This document shows, in pieces, positions 1 to 12,539 of a stretch of 64,000 bases of DNA. The stretch comes from Felis catus (taxonomy: Eukaryota). The stretch's first letter is position 1, and every line of letters begins with the position of its first letter. The position numbers and the translations under genes are program-made. The notes under the pieces were generated by a model, which did not search any database, was not told the DNA's origin, and saw only the letters and a program-made list of their open reading frames with translations. The DNA is taken from contig NC_058368.1 in assembly GCF_018350175.1 (NCBI RefSeq), positions 71,178,001 to 71,242,000 of the forward strand, given 5' to 3'.

Positions 1-166
1 TTTTTGGAGAAGGCAGCAAAGTACCTAAGTCTGTGCTTTTATTTTATTTTATTTTTTTCACTATTAATATTTCTTAAAATTCTTTTTCATGCTTTTTTAC
101 AACCTGCTTTCCAACTAGAATAACATAGCAACTGTTGGCATGACATGGTATTAAGAAATAATCCTA

Positions 167-376
167 GGGGCGCCTGGGTGGCGCAGTCGGTTAAGCGTCC
201 GACTTCAGCCAGGTCACGATCTCGCGGTCCGTGAGTTCGAGCCCCGCGTCAGGCTCTGGGCTGATGGCTCAGAGCCTGGAGCCTGTTTCCGATTCTGTGT
301 CTCCCTCTCTCTCTGCCCCTCCCTCGTTCATGCTCTGTCTCTCTCTGTCCCAAAAATAAATAAACGTTGAAAAAAA
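167..376 (+). mobile_element. Young felid Can-SINE (SINEC_Fc-like)
   Basis: tRNA-derived head with A/B boxes, CT-rich tract and A tail. CpGs are intact. Perfect 14-bp TSD AAGAAATAATCCTA at 153-166 and 377-390. Confidence 0.92.
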
Positions 377-501
377 AAGAAATAATCCTAAAGAATTCAA
401 TGGAAAATTATAGAACATGATTTACTTCCCAAGTATAATTTCTACTTCCTATTATTAGGCAAGTGTTTCAGGCGACTAGTTGGATTAGAAAGTAAGAATT
501 A

Positions 502-727
502 AGGGGCACCTGGGTGGCTCAGTCAGTTGAGCGTCTCACTTCGGCTCAGGTCATGATCTCACGGTTCGTGAGTTTGGGCCCCGCATCGGGCTCTGTGCTG
601 ACAGCTCAGAGCCTGGAGCCTGCTTTCTATTCTGTATTTCCCTCTCTCTCTGCTCCTCCCCCCCACACGCTCTCTCTCTGCCTCTCAAAAATAAAGAAAA
701 CTAATTTAAAAAAATTAAAAAACAATT
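502..727 (+). mobile_element. Can-SINE
   Basis: GGGGCACCTGGGTGGCTCAG head, CT tract, A tail, TSD AAGAATTAA. Confidence 0.88.
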
Positions 728-896
728 AAGAATTAAAAGTTAATCTAAATCCTTTGATCATTATTTACACATTTTTCTGTATTTGCTCAATTTCTACAAA
801 ATACACAAAATTGAAGAAGTAGATGACATAGTTTATGTAATGATTCTTTTATACTATTCTCTATAAATGGGAAAAGGAAATAAGGAAGGGGGGATA

Positions 897-1125
897 GGGG
901 CACCAGCTGGCTCCATTGGCAGAGCATGTGACTCTTGATTTTGGGGTTGTGAGTTTGAGCCCCATGTTGAGCGTAGAGATTACTTAAAAAAATAAAATCT
1001 TGGGGCACTTGACTGGCTCAGTCGGTGGAGCATGTGACTCTTGATCTCAGAGTTGTGAATTCAAGACCCGCAGTGGTGTAGAGATTACTTAAAAATAAAA
1101 TCTTAAAGTAAAAAAAAAAAAAAAA
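897..1125 (+). mobile_element. Tandem pair of short tRNA-head carnivore SINEs
   Basis: Two ~105-bp units, each ending AGAGATTACTTAAAAATAAAATCTT. Confidence 0.8.
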
Positions 1126-1436
1126 GGGGGAATAGGAAGATGGTCAGAGTAATTATTCTAATATCTAGGGTATCATCTGTTGTCACTGTCAGTGCCATTT
1201 CTTTATCTTTGAAATTCTAATTATTCTCTATGAAAAAATTAATATACAGCAACACCAAAGTTAATAAGGATAGTACAAGAAAATAAATTATAGGCCTACT
1301 CATTCATAAATCCTAAGTAAATCTAAGCACACTGAATCTGTTGATGAATAAAAATGATGAAATACATCATGACCGAATTGGATTCATTCCAGAAATGCAA
1401 GTTAGTTTAATGTTTGAAAATTGATTTTATTCCAGT

Positions 1437-1454
1437 TTATATATATGGAGTATA

Positions 1455-1500
<46 letters not shown>
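1437..1500. repeat. (TA)n microsatellite
   Basis: Interrupted TA dinucleotide run, read directly. Confidence 0.95.
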
Positions 1501-1503
<3 letters not shown>

Positions 1504-1623
1504 CATATTATCATCTTAATAAATGCAGAAAAATAAAATGAGAACACTCTAAACAAGCTAAGAATATAAATGAACTCCCATAACCTGATAAAGCCCACCT
1601 CCAAAAAATTCATGGCAAATATA

Positions 1624-1958
1624 CCATTGACCCTTGAACAACATGGGGGTTTTCACCACACAGTTGAAATCCTGCATATAACTTTTGACTCCTTAAAAAC
1701 TTAACTACTAATAGCTTACTGCTGACCAGGAGCCTTACCAATAATACAGTCGATTGACACATATTCTGTGTATTACATGTATTATATATTGTATTTTTAT
1801 AATAAATAAACTAGAGAAAAGAAAATGTTATTAAGAAAGCCATAAGGAAGAAAGAATATATTTATAGTGCTGTACTGTAAGAAAGCGGGCTTAGGAATAA
1901 AAATCCACATAAAAATGGACCCATGTATTTCAAACCGGCGTTGTTCAAGGGTCAACTG
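1624..1958. mobile_element. Tigger2a/MER28-like Tc1-mariner MITE
   Basis: Terminal inverted repeats CCATTGACCCTTGAACAAC ... GTTGTTCAAGGGTCAACTG, flanked by TA on both sides. Confidence 0.88.
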
Positions 1959-2389
1959 TACTTAATTGTGAAATGTTAACAACCTTTATTTTATATCAGG
2001 AAGAGTACAGAGATGCCCCAAACAACCATGTCTACTCAAATTGTTTCTTGAGGGTTAATCTCAAAGTAACGTGAAAAGAAAAAGAAGATACGAATTTGCA
2101 AAGAAAAACCGGACATTTTTATAGCTGATATGATTGTCGATGTAGAAAAGTTAAATCAACAGATGAACTATTACAATAAATAAGAATGTTTAGCAAGGTT
2201 GTTGGATACACAAGCACTATTAAAAACTCACTTACCTTAAGGGGCACCTGGGTGGCTCAGTCGGTCAAGCATCTGACTCTTGATCTCAGTTCAGGTCATA
2301 ATCTCAAGGTTCATGGGACCGAGCCCTGTGTCAGGCTGCATGACCATGAAAAATCTGTTGGAAGTATAATTTTTTTCAAGGCTTTCTTT

Positions 2390-3180
2390 TTTTATTAAAA
2401 AGTTTTTAACGTTTGTTTATTTTTGAGTGAGAAAGAGAGACAGAGCATGAGTGGAGGAAGGACAGAGAGACACAGAGACACAGAATCTGAAGCAGGCTCC
2501 AGTTTCTGAGCTGTCAGCACAGAGCCCGACACGGGGCTTGAACTCATGAACTATGAGATCATGACCTAGGCTGAGATCCAACGCTTACTGACTGAGCCAC
2601 CCATGTACCCCTTAAGGTTTTATTTTTAAGTAATCTCTGCACCTAACCTGGGGGTCAAACTCTCAACCCTGAGATCAAGTCACATGCTCCACTGACTGAG
2701 CCAGCCAGGTGCCCCATTAGAAATATAGGTTTTTTTAGTTAAAATTTTTTTTTAATGTTTATTTATTCTTGAGAGAGAGAGACAGAGTGAGTGGGGTAGG
2801 GGCAGAGAGAGGGAGACACAGAATCTGAAGCAGGCTCAGGCTCTGAGTCGTCAGCACAGAGCCCAACACAGGGCTCAAACTCATGAACCGTGAGATAATG
2901 ACCTGAGCTGAAGTAAGGTGCTTAACTGACTGAGCCACACAGGCACCACAGAAATATAGTTTTTTTTTGATGTTTATTTATTTTTGAGAGAGAGAGAAAG
3001 AGAGTGAGTGCACAAGCGTGCATGTAACGGGGGTGGGGCAAAGAGAAAGGGGACAGAAGGTCCTAAGTGGGCTCCACATGCTGACAGCAAAGAACCTGAT
3101 GTGGGGCTCAAACTTACGAACCGAGAGACATGACCTGAGCCGAAGTCAGATGCTCAACCAACTGAGCCACCTAGGTGCCC
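2390..3180 (-). mobile_element. Head-to-tail array of four minus-strand Can-SINEs
   Basis: Units at about 2390-2611, 2618-2715 (short form), 2742-2948 and 2959-3180. Confidence 0.88.
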
Positions 3181-3993
3181 TGAAATACAGTTTTTAAAAA
3201 TTCCATTCATTTGGGGCACTGGCTGGCTCAGTCGGTGGAGGATGTGACTCTTAATCTCAGGGTTGTGAGTTTGAGCACCATGTTGGGTGTAGAGATTACT
3301 TAAAAACAAAAATAAAATCTTGAAAAAATTCCATTTATTACAGTACCAAAAATTATGAAGTACTTTAGAAAAATGTAACAAAAAGTTTATTCAAGAGATC
3401 TAAGAAAATACAGAGCCATTTTATGTACATGGGCAAGACTCAGTATGGTAAGAATACCAATTCTGCCCAAAGAGTCATTGGAATTCTAATGCCCCCGCAG
3501 AATTTTTCTTTGAATTTAAGATGCTGAATCTTAAATTGATAGAATAATTGATATGAAAGAGTAAAGCTCCAAGAATATCCAAGACACTTCTAGTGAAAAA
3601 TGGTAAGGTTGCTATAAGATCTTAAAATTTACTTTATAGGTATGTAATTGAGAGTGTTGAACTGACACAGGAATAGAGAAATAGACCAGTGGAACAGAAG
3701 AATCAGACTCCCCACATGTATGGACATATATGGACAGTAAAGACACTGCAGATCAGTGGATGGAAAAGATGGTTATTCAAAAAATGGTCCAACTACAATC
3801 CAATTAGAAGCAAAACAAAGTCAGTACCCTACCTCAAACCATAAACAAAAACTAATTCTCTGTAAATTAAAGATTTAAATATGAAGGAGATCAAGAGTCA
3901 CATGGTCCTGGGACTGAGCAAGCCAGGTGCCCAAGGCTATATATATATATTTTTAAGATGTGAGAACATAGGAGCTGGGGAGAGGGGCAGAGG

Positions 3994-4051
<58 letters not shown>

Positions 4052-5523
4052 ATATCTGCTTGATGCTTAGCATGGAGCCCAATGTGGGACTTGATCCCAA
4101 GACCCTGGGATCATGACCTGAGCCCAAATCAAGACTTGGATGTTCAACTGACTGAGCCATCCAGGCGCCCCAAAGGTAGTCTTATAAAAGTTTTGTCTTC
4201 ATCTGGGGTGCCTGGGTGGCTCAGTCAGGTGAGCATCCAAGTCTTGATTTCAGCTCAGGTCATGATCTCATGCTTGTGAAACCCAGCCCTGCATCTGTTG
4301 GGATCTGTGCTGGGTGTGGGGTCTGCTTAAGATTCTCTCTCTTCCTCTGCCCCACCCCTGCTCATGCATATACTCTCTTTCTAAAACAAAACAAAACAAA
4401 ACAAAAACCCCAATAAATTAAACACAAAAGGACAGTATCTTTATCATCTCAGGATAAGAAAGGATTCTGTTAAAAACAACAACAACAAAAATACGAAGCC
4501 AAAAATGAAAGATTAATCAATTGGATTACATCAAAATGAAAAAGTTCTGTTTAAAAAGACATCAAAAAGAGTGAGAATATAAACTACAGACTAGAGAATA
4601 TAATTGCAACATATTTAATTGAAAAAGGATTAATATTCAGAATGTATGAAAAAGTTTTACAGATCAATATGAAAAGGAAAACCCAAGAGAAAAAAAAGCA
4701 GAAGATATGAATAGGCATTTCATAAAAGAGAAATACAAACAACCCATAAATACATGCAAAGAGATCAAGTTCAGTAGTATCGAGGGAAATGCAAATTAAA
4801 CCATAATAAGATACCATCCATATTTACCAGAACAGAACGGTTTTAAAGTTGGATAGTACCAAATGTTGACAAGGGTTATGGGGTTGTGGAGCAGATGTTT
4901 CTCTCATACATAGCCGGTGGAAACGTAAATTGCAACAATCACCTTGAAAAACATTTTGGCATTGTGTAGTTGATGGTACCAGTTAGCAATAAAGTTGAAC
5001 ACTGGTGCATACCACGAGTTGCGTTCCTAGGAATGTGTCCTAGAGAAGGCTCATGCATGTATTTATCAAGATACAAGCGCAGAAATGCTAACAGCAACAT
5101 TATTTAATAACGACAAAAACATAGGAGCAGCACAAATGTTTGTCAATAGTAGCTGGATAAATAGATTGCAGTACTATAGTCATACACTGACCTATTTTAT
5201 GGCAATGAAAATTAATGAACATTAGCTATATTCATAGTATGAATGAATAAAAAAAAATGTAGTATTGAGGGGTGCCTGGGTGGCTCAGTTGGTTAAGTGA
5301 CCAGCTCTTGATTTTGGCTGAGGTCATGATCTCATGGTTCGTGAATTTGAGCCCTGCACTGGGCTCTGTGCTGACAGCACAAAGTCTGCCTGGGATTCTC
5401 TCTCTCTCCCTCTCTCTCTGCCTGCCCCCTCAATGAATAAACTTAAAAAAAAAATTTTTTTAATGTAGTATTCAGCAAAAACAAAAACAAAAACAAGGCA
5501 AAGAAAAAGTAAACATTCTATCA

Positions 5524-5867
5524 TTCTCAGTCCGTTCAGGCTGCTGTAACAGAATCCCGTAAACTGGGGCTCAAAAACAGTGGAAATTTATTGCTCACAG
5601 TTCTGGAGGCTGGAAGTCCAAGATCAGGGTGTCAGGATGATCAGGCAAAAGCTCTGTTTCAGGTTGCATACTTCTTGTATCCTCACACGGCAGAAGGGTT
5701 TGGGGAGCTCTGTGGGGCCTCTTTTATAAGAGTACTAATCCCATTCATGAAGGCTCTATCCTCATGACCTAACCACCTCCCATATGCCCTCCTCCTAATG
5801 CCATCACGTTGGTGGTTAGGTTTCAACAAATGAATTTTGGGGGGACACAAACATTCATACCATAGCA
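5524..5867. mobile_element. MaLR solo LTR (MLT1A-like)
   Basis: GGCTGCTGTAACAGAA...TTTATTGCTCACAGTTCTGGAGGCTGGAAGTCCAAGATCAGGGTG...CATACCATAGCA. Confidence 0.82.
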
Positions 5868-8800
5868 CATTCTATTTGTTTAAAATGTGAAAGACACATT
5901 TAAATTATATATTGTAAAGTTCTACATACATACATGAAAAAGACATGAAGAAGATTGAAAAATTACAAAAGTCAGGATGGTGATTGTCTAGGGTGGAGTA
6001 ATGGGGGCATGATTGAGATCGTGCGGGCAGAGGCTTCTAAGATACTGATAGTGTTCTGTTTTATCAGCTATATCCTAGGTACACAGGTGTCCATGTAACT
6101 GTTTTTCGAACAGTGTTCATAATGTACACTTGCCCATTTGTGTGCTATTTTCTTTTATTTTTAAATAAGTTAATGTTTACTTATTTATAAGCGAGCAGGG
6201 AAGGGACAGAGAGAGAGGGAGAGAGCAAGAATCCCAAGCAGCCTCTGTACTGCCAGTGCAGAGCTGAATGTGGGGTTCAAACCCCAAACTGTGAGATCAT
6301 GACCTGAGTTGAAGTCAGACACTTAACTGAATGGGCCTCCCAGGTACCCCTTTGTGCTATTTTCACATAAAAATAATTAAAAAGAAGAGGTATTTGTTAA
6401 AAAATCAGATATATGTCTCTTGGTCCCTGTTTTTAATTTTTATTTATTTTGTGAGAGAGAGGAGAGAGAGGCAGAGAGAGAGGGAGAGAGAATCCCAAGT
6501 AAGGTCTGTGCTGTCAGTGAGGAGCCTGACTTGAGGCTCAATCCCACAAACAGTGAGATCATGACCTGAGCCAAAATCAAGAGTCTGAAACTTAACCGAC
6601 TGAGCCACCCAGCTGCCCCTTGGTCCCTTTATCTTTAGCAAAGATATAAATGAGTCATGTTCTTGGAGATTTAAAAGACAGCAGATTATTATTCATTTAT
6701 TTATGTATTTATTTACTTATTTATTTATATATTTTTTTAAATACTTTATTATTTATTTTAAGTTTATTTATTTAGAGAGAGACAAAGCTTGCAAGCAAGG
6801 GAAGGGCAGAAAGAGAGGGGGACAGAGGATCCCAACTGAGCTCTTGTGCTGACAGCAGAGAGCCCGATGCCGGGATTGAACTCATGAACTATGAGATCAT
6901 GACCAGAGCCGAAGTCTTATGCTTAACCGACTGAGCCACCCAGGCACCCCAACACTTCATTTTGAAGTAATCTGTACACCCGACGTGGGGCTGTCTCAAA
7001 CTTACAACCCAGAGACCAGAGTCACACGCTCCACAGACTTAACCAGGCATCCCTTAGAGAAGATTTTAATATAAAAAGCCTAGTATTTACTTGGAAATAA
7101 TTTCAAAGTCACAAAAAAGTTTCAAGAATGGGGCAAAAAGTACCTGTTTAGCTTCCATACAGCTTCACTTACTGTTAACATTTTATCTTACTTGCTTTTT
7201 TTGTTGGAGTTTTATCCTTCTTTCTCTTTCTCTATTTTTTTCTAAATTATTTAAGAATAAGCCACATAGGTTACACCTGTCTCCAGATACTTTGTTGTCT
7301 ATTTCCTAAGAAAAAGGACATTGTGTTATGTAACCACAGTACAGTTATCCGCTGCAGGAACTGTTAACCGTGAAACAGTTCCTTTGAAGAACTTAAGTTT
7401 ACATTCCAGTCGGTCAGCTGAATGGCATCCTTCCCAGCTTTTGTTTTCCTCCTCTAGGTGTTGCAGTGTACCTGCTACATTCGGCTGTTCTCTGTAGTCT
7501 CTTTCATCTGGAACAGTTCCGGAGCCTTTCTTTGTCTTTTAGAACAATGGCAGTTTTGTAGAATACTGAAAAAAAATTTTTTAAAGGAACAATTCTTATT
7601 TTTACCTTGTTTGCTATTTTCTCATGATTATATTCAGTTTGTGACCCCGGTCAAAATGGTACATAAATGATGTATTTTTCTCAGAGCATCGCATCTTGGG
7701 GTGCATAATATCTATCTGCCTGTTATTGACTATACTAATTTTGATACTTTGTCCAAGGTGTTGCAATTTCTCCACTATAAGGGAGAGGAATTTTTTAAAG
7801 GATTCCTTTGGAGACAGCTGTTGGTGGGTTTGAACCTTGCTCCCCTCCCAATATGTGATTTCCTCCTCACCTCGAGTCAAAAGAGAGAGGCTTCAAGTTG
7901 CAAAGCCTAAAGTATGTCCTTTGAATTTATCAGGTCACCGTTTGCTGATGTCTGACTCCTTTTCGGGAAATCTAGAGATCAAGAGAAGAGCTGGCTTGCT
8001 GCTTGGAAGTAGAGCAGGGGAGAGTATCTAGTAAATTGGAATCAGCCTGTTCTTCCAGAGTTTGTTAGGCAATCAGTGCATGAGTGTTTCCCATGAACCA
8101 GATGTGAAAGAGAGCCTCCTTGGGGTCATTGCATAATCTGGCTCAAAGGCCACGTAAACAAGGAGAAGCTGGAGGAGTCCCATGGAATTCCTAGTGTTTG
8201 GGAGTATAGAGCGTATCCTTTCAGGTCGAGGGAACGGCAGCCAAGAGATCAACAGTGATTTGTAGGGGGCATCTCCTACAAACCCATGAAGAGCCCTGGA
8301 AGAGAAAGTTGGCTTTAAATATCTGCAAGCAGAGAAAGCATGCAACTTACCTGTAAAAGTAAGAACATGTCTTTCCTCCTCTGGGTGGAGGGCAGTGGGT
8401 CAGAAAGGTAGAGTAGTAAAATCGCAGTAAGGAACAGTAGAAGCTTGGAGAGGGGAAAGAGGGCCCTGCTCCCCTCTGCCACTGACAGGAGTTAACCCAC
8501 CGCAGAGCCCATCTGTAGGATAGGACAAGAGCTAGCCTTAAATTAACTTTGAAGCTTTTGTTATTTTATGGGATCAAACATTTCTGTTTAAAATGGAATC
8601 GAGACTGTATTTATGATTTAAAGTAACTACCTAACCTTTAATTATGTAAGAATGGTTTAAAAAGTATGTGACTGCTTTAGTCAGGGAAAAGCCATATCCG
8701 AGTGAATGTTATTTAGTTATTTGAAAAAATCTATTCATTTTTGAATAGGTGGTATATTACATGATTTAAATACAAATGGTATGAAAAGTGTACACAGAGA

Positions 8801-10394
8801 AGTTTCACATCTGTCCTTATCTACCTAATTATCGTTGTCTTACAGGTAAACATTTTAATATGTTTACTGTTATAGTATTTGTTTATGAAAACGTAAGCAG
8901 ATATGATGTTATGCCCCTATTTTACACAAAAGGTAGCATACCTTTCTTTTTTTTAAAATTTTCATGTTTATTTTATTTTTGAGAGAGAGAGAGAGAGAGA
9001 GACAAAGTATGAGTGGGGAGGGGCAGAGAGAGAGGGAGACACAGAATCCAAAGCAGGCTCCAGGCTCTGAGCTGTCAGCACAGAGCCTGGCGTGGGGCTT
9101 GAACCCACAGACTGGGAGATCATGACCTGAGCTGAAGTCAGACACTTAACTGAGTCACCCAGGCGCCCCAGGTAGCATACCTTCAAAACTTTTCTTTCTT
9201 TTTAAAAAAAAAAAACGTAAAATAGAGGTGCCTGGCTGCATCAGTCAGTGGAGCATGTGACTCTTGATCTCAGAGTTGTGAGTTTAAGCCCCATGTTGGG
9301 TATAGAGATTACTTAAAATAAAATCTTAAAAAAAATTGTGGTAAAATATACATAAGATAAAATTTACGCTTTTATTTTTTTTAATGTTTATTCATTTTTG
9401 AGAGAGAGCGAGAGAGATTGCACACGCATGCGTGCACACACTGGGGGAGGGGCAGAGAGTGGGGAACAGAGGATCCAAAAAGGGCTCTGCACTGTCAGCA
9501 CAGAGCCTGATGTGGGGCTCAATCCCAGGAACCATGAGATCATGACCTGAGCCGAGACTCTGAATCTCAACTGACAGCCCCCCACCCCCAAGCGGCCCCC
9601 CACCCCCAGCTTTTTTTTTTATTTTTTACAGTGGCTTCACCATTTTACATTGTCACCAGCAGTGCTGGAAGATTTCAGTTTCTGTGTCCAATACTTGTTA
9701 TTTTCTGTTTATTTGTTTGTTTTGATAATCAGTCATCCTAATGGTGTGAAATGTATCTCATTGTGGCTTTGATTTGCATTTCTCTAATAACTATTGATGT
9801 TAAGCATCTTTTCATGTCCCTATTGGGCATTTGTACATCTTTTTTTTCTACTGTGGTAAAATATACATAACATTTTACCATTTCGACCATTTTCTTTCTT
9901 TTTTTTTAGGTAGGCTTCATACCCAGTAGAATCCAACACGGGGCTTGAACTCATGACCCTGAGTTCAAGACCTGAGCTGAGATAGGAGTCACATTCTTGG
10001 GGTGCGTGGGTGGCTCAGTCGGTTAAGCAAACTTTGGCTTAGGTCATGATCTCACAGTTTGTGAATTTGGGTCCCGTGTCAGGCTCTGTGCTGACAGCTC
10101 AGAGCCTGGAGCCTGCTTCAGATTCTGTGTCTCTCTCTCTGTCTTTCTGCCCCTCCCCTGCTTGTGCTCTCTCTCTCTCTCAAAGATAAATAAACTTAAA
10201 AATAAAAAAGTCTGTTGAGGAAGTGGAGAGAGCCAAAAATTGGGAGAAAATATGTATAAAACATTGATATAATGAAAGATTTCTATGATGAATATGTTAG
10301 TTCTGTTATGTATTCATTATTTGACACTTTTATCATTACTAGCATCCTTCTTTATCTCCATTAGTGTTTTTTGGCTTAAAATCTACTTGTTATG

Positions 10395-10835
10395 GGGGCA
10401 CCTAGGTGGCTCAGTTGGTTAAGCATCTGACTTTGACTCGGGTCATGATCTTGAGGTTTGTGGGTTTGAGCCCTGCACCAGGGTCTGTGCTGACAATGTG
10501 GAGCCTGCTTGTGATTCATTCTCTTTCTCTCTGTCTCTCTCTCTGCCCCTCCCCCACACATGGTCTTTTTTTCTCTCTCTCAGAATAAATAAATAAACTA
10601 AAAAAAAATAATCTACTTGTCAGGGCACCTGGGTGGCTCAGTCGGTTAAGCGTTCGACCTCGGCTCAGGTCATGATCTCATGGTTCGTGAGTTCGAGCCC
10701 CACGTTGGACTCCGTGCTGACAGCTCAGAGCCTGGAGCCTGCTTCGGATTCTGTGTCTCCCTCTCTCTCTTCCCTTACCCGGCTTGCACTCTGTCTCTCT
10801 CAAAACTAAATAAATGTTTAAAAAATTAAAAAAAA
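10395..10835 (+). mobile_element. Two tandem Can-SINEs sharing one target site
   Basis: Heads at ~10395 and ~10622. The AATCTACTTGT target motif occurs three times. Confidence 0.88.
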
Positions 10836-12539
10836 ATCTGCTTGTTATGTCTCAAAATAAAAAAGAGGAAAAAATGTGTACTTTTTTTTCTTATCTGGCT
10901 GATCCATAACATGATCAGAAATCAATTTTGCATCATAGAAAGACATGCTGTAAGAGTGAAGAAGAAAGAGTACACCTAGTTCTGTAGATAAAAGCTTATT
11001 GTATGTTGCCTAATATAACATCTTAGATACACTCATTTATATTTGTTTATGGATCCTCAGAAACAGAGAGGCTTAGCTTTTTAAAAGCCTTTCAATGAAT
11101 AGTTTATAAATCTTATTTTTAAACTATAAACTATTTCAGTTTATACTTAAGATACTATTTTTAAGTAATCTTTACTCCCAACATGGGGCTTGAAACCACA
11201 ACCCTGAGATCAAGAGTTACAATCTCCACCTACTGAGCCAACCAGGTGCCCCTTTTATATATTTTTATTTGATTTGAAAACAATTAAAGTCACTTTCATG
11301 ATTTAAAAAAAACTCTACATGTTAGTTATTAATATATTACTATACCAGCTTTACTTTAGCTAATGTTTGCATGATTATCCTTTTTCATACTTTTACTTTC
11401 AGCGTTTATATGTTCTATAAACTGAGCAACATGTACATAGCATATGGCATATTTTTATCCAGTCTGAAACGTGTCTTTAAATTGGCCTATGCAGTCCTTT
11501 TACATGTAACATAGTTACTATTATGGGTTTAATATTGCTTGTCTGGCTATTAGCTTTCTGTTGGTCTCTGTTTTTTTGTTCCTCTATTCCTGCTTTCTTG
11601 CCTTCCTTTATATTAATGAAATATTTATGTTCATCCATTTTTCTCCTCTATTCTCTTTTCATTCATGACTTTTTATAATTCTTTTAGTGGTCACACTAGA
11701 AATTACAATATACATCCTTGACTTATACTCTACTTAAGTTAGTACTTTGAAGAATACAAGAATCTTATTACAGTCAAGCTTCATTTACCACTTCCAGCTT
11801 TTTGTACTGTTATCATTTATTTTACATCTTCATGCGTTTTAAGCTCCACAAGATTTTATTGTTTTAAGCAATCAAAACTTATTTATACTTACTTATATCA
11901 TGAACCTTAACATATTTAAAGTATGTTTATGTTTCGAGAGAGAGTGAGAGCGTGTGTGTGTGCTCACGTGAGTGGGTGGGGGAAGGGCAAAGAGAGAGAG
12001 GGAGAGTCCCAAGCTGGCTCTTGCTGTCAGTGCAGAGCCTGCAGCAGGTCTTGATCCCATGACCTGTGAGATCATGGCTGAGCTGAAATCAAGAGTGTGA
12101 TGCTTAAGTGACTGAGCCACCCAGGTGCCCCTGTAGTCTATTTAAATTTAGCAATATGTTTTACATTTTTATCTTTTAGCAATTTTGTTCTTTCATCTGA
12201 GATTTTTCTTTCAGCCTGAAGAATTCTCTTCAGTCTTTCTTAAAAATCAATCTGCATATGATGTATTCCTTCAGATTTTGTTTTTTTTGAAAACATTAAA
12301 AATTCTTTTGGGGGGCACTTGGGTGGCTCAGTCAGTTAAACATCTGACTCTTGATTTCAGCTCAGGTCATGATCTTACAGGTCGTGAGTTCAAGCCCTAC
12401 ATCAGGCTGTGTGCTGACAGCACGGAGCCTGCTTGGGATTCTCTCTCCCCTTCTCTCTCTGCTCCTCCCCTGCTTACTCTCTCTCTCAAAATAAATAAAT
12501 AAACATTAAAATAAAACAAAATGCACAGCTTAAAAAATT

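Larger units (their letters stand above)
1240..6140 (+). mobile_element. Old fragmented L1 (L1M-type ORF2 to 3' end), interrupted by SINEs, a Tigger MITE and an MLT1 LTR
   Basis: Collinear A-rich segments with L1 ORF2-like motifs, e.g. GGATTCATTCCAGAAATGCAAG, TTTAGCAAGGTTGTTGGATACA, ATAGACCAGTGGAACAGAA and GGGAAATGCAAATTAAACCA. Confidence 0.7.

Noticed and set aside
167..250. tRNA-like A/B-box sequences
   Set aside because: These are SINE heads followed by SINE body, tail and TSDs, not tRNA genes.
514..729. Recurrent MAQSVERLTSAQVMIS-type ORFs throughout the window
   Set aside because: Translations of Can-SINE copies, not a gene family.
2361..3195. Short repeats separated by ~230-nt spacers resembling a CRISPR array
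   Set aside because: Eukaryotic context; the spacers are SINEs and the repeats are TSDs.
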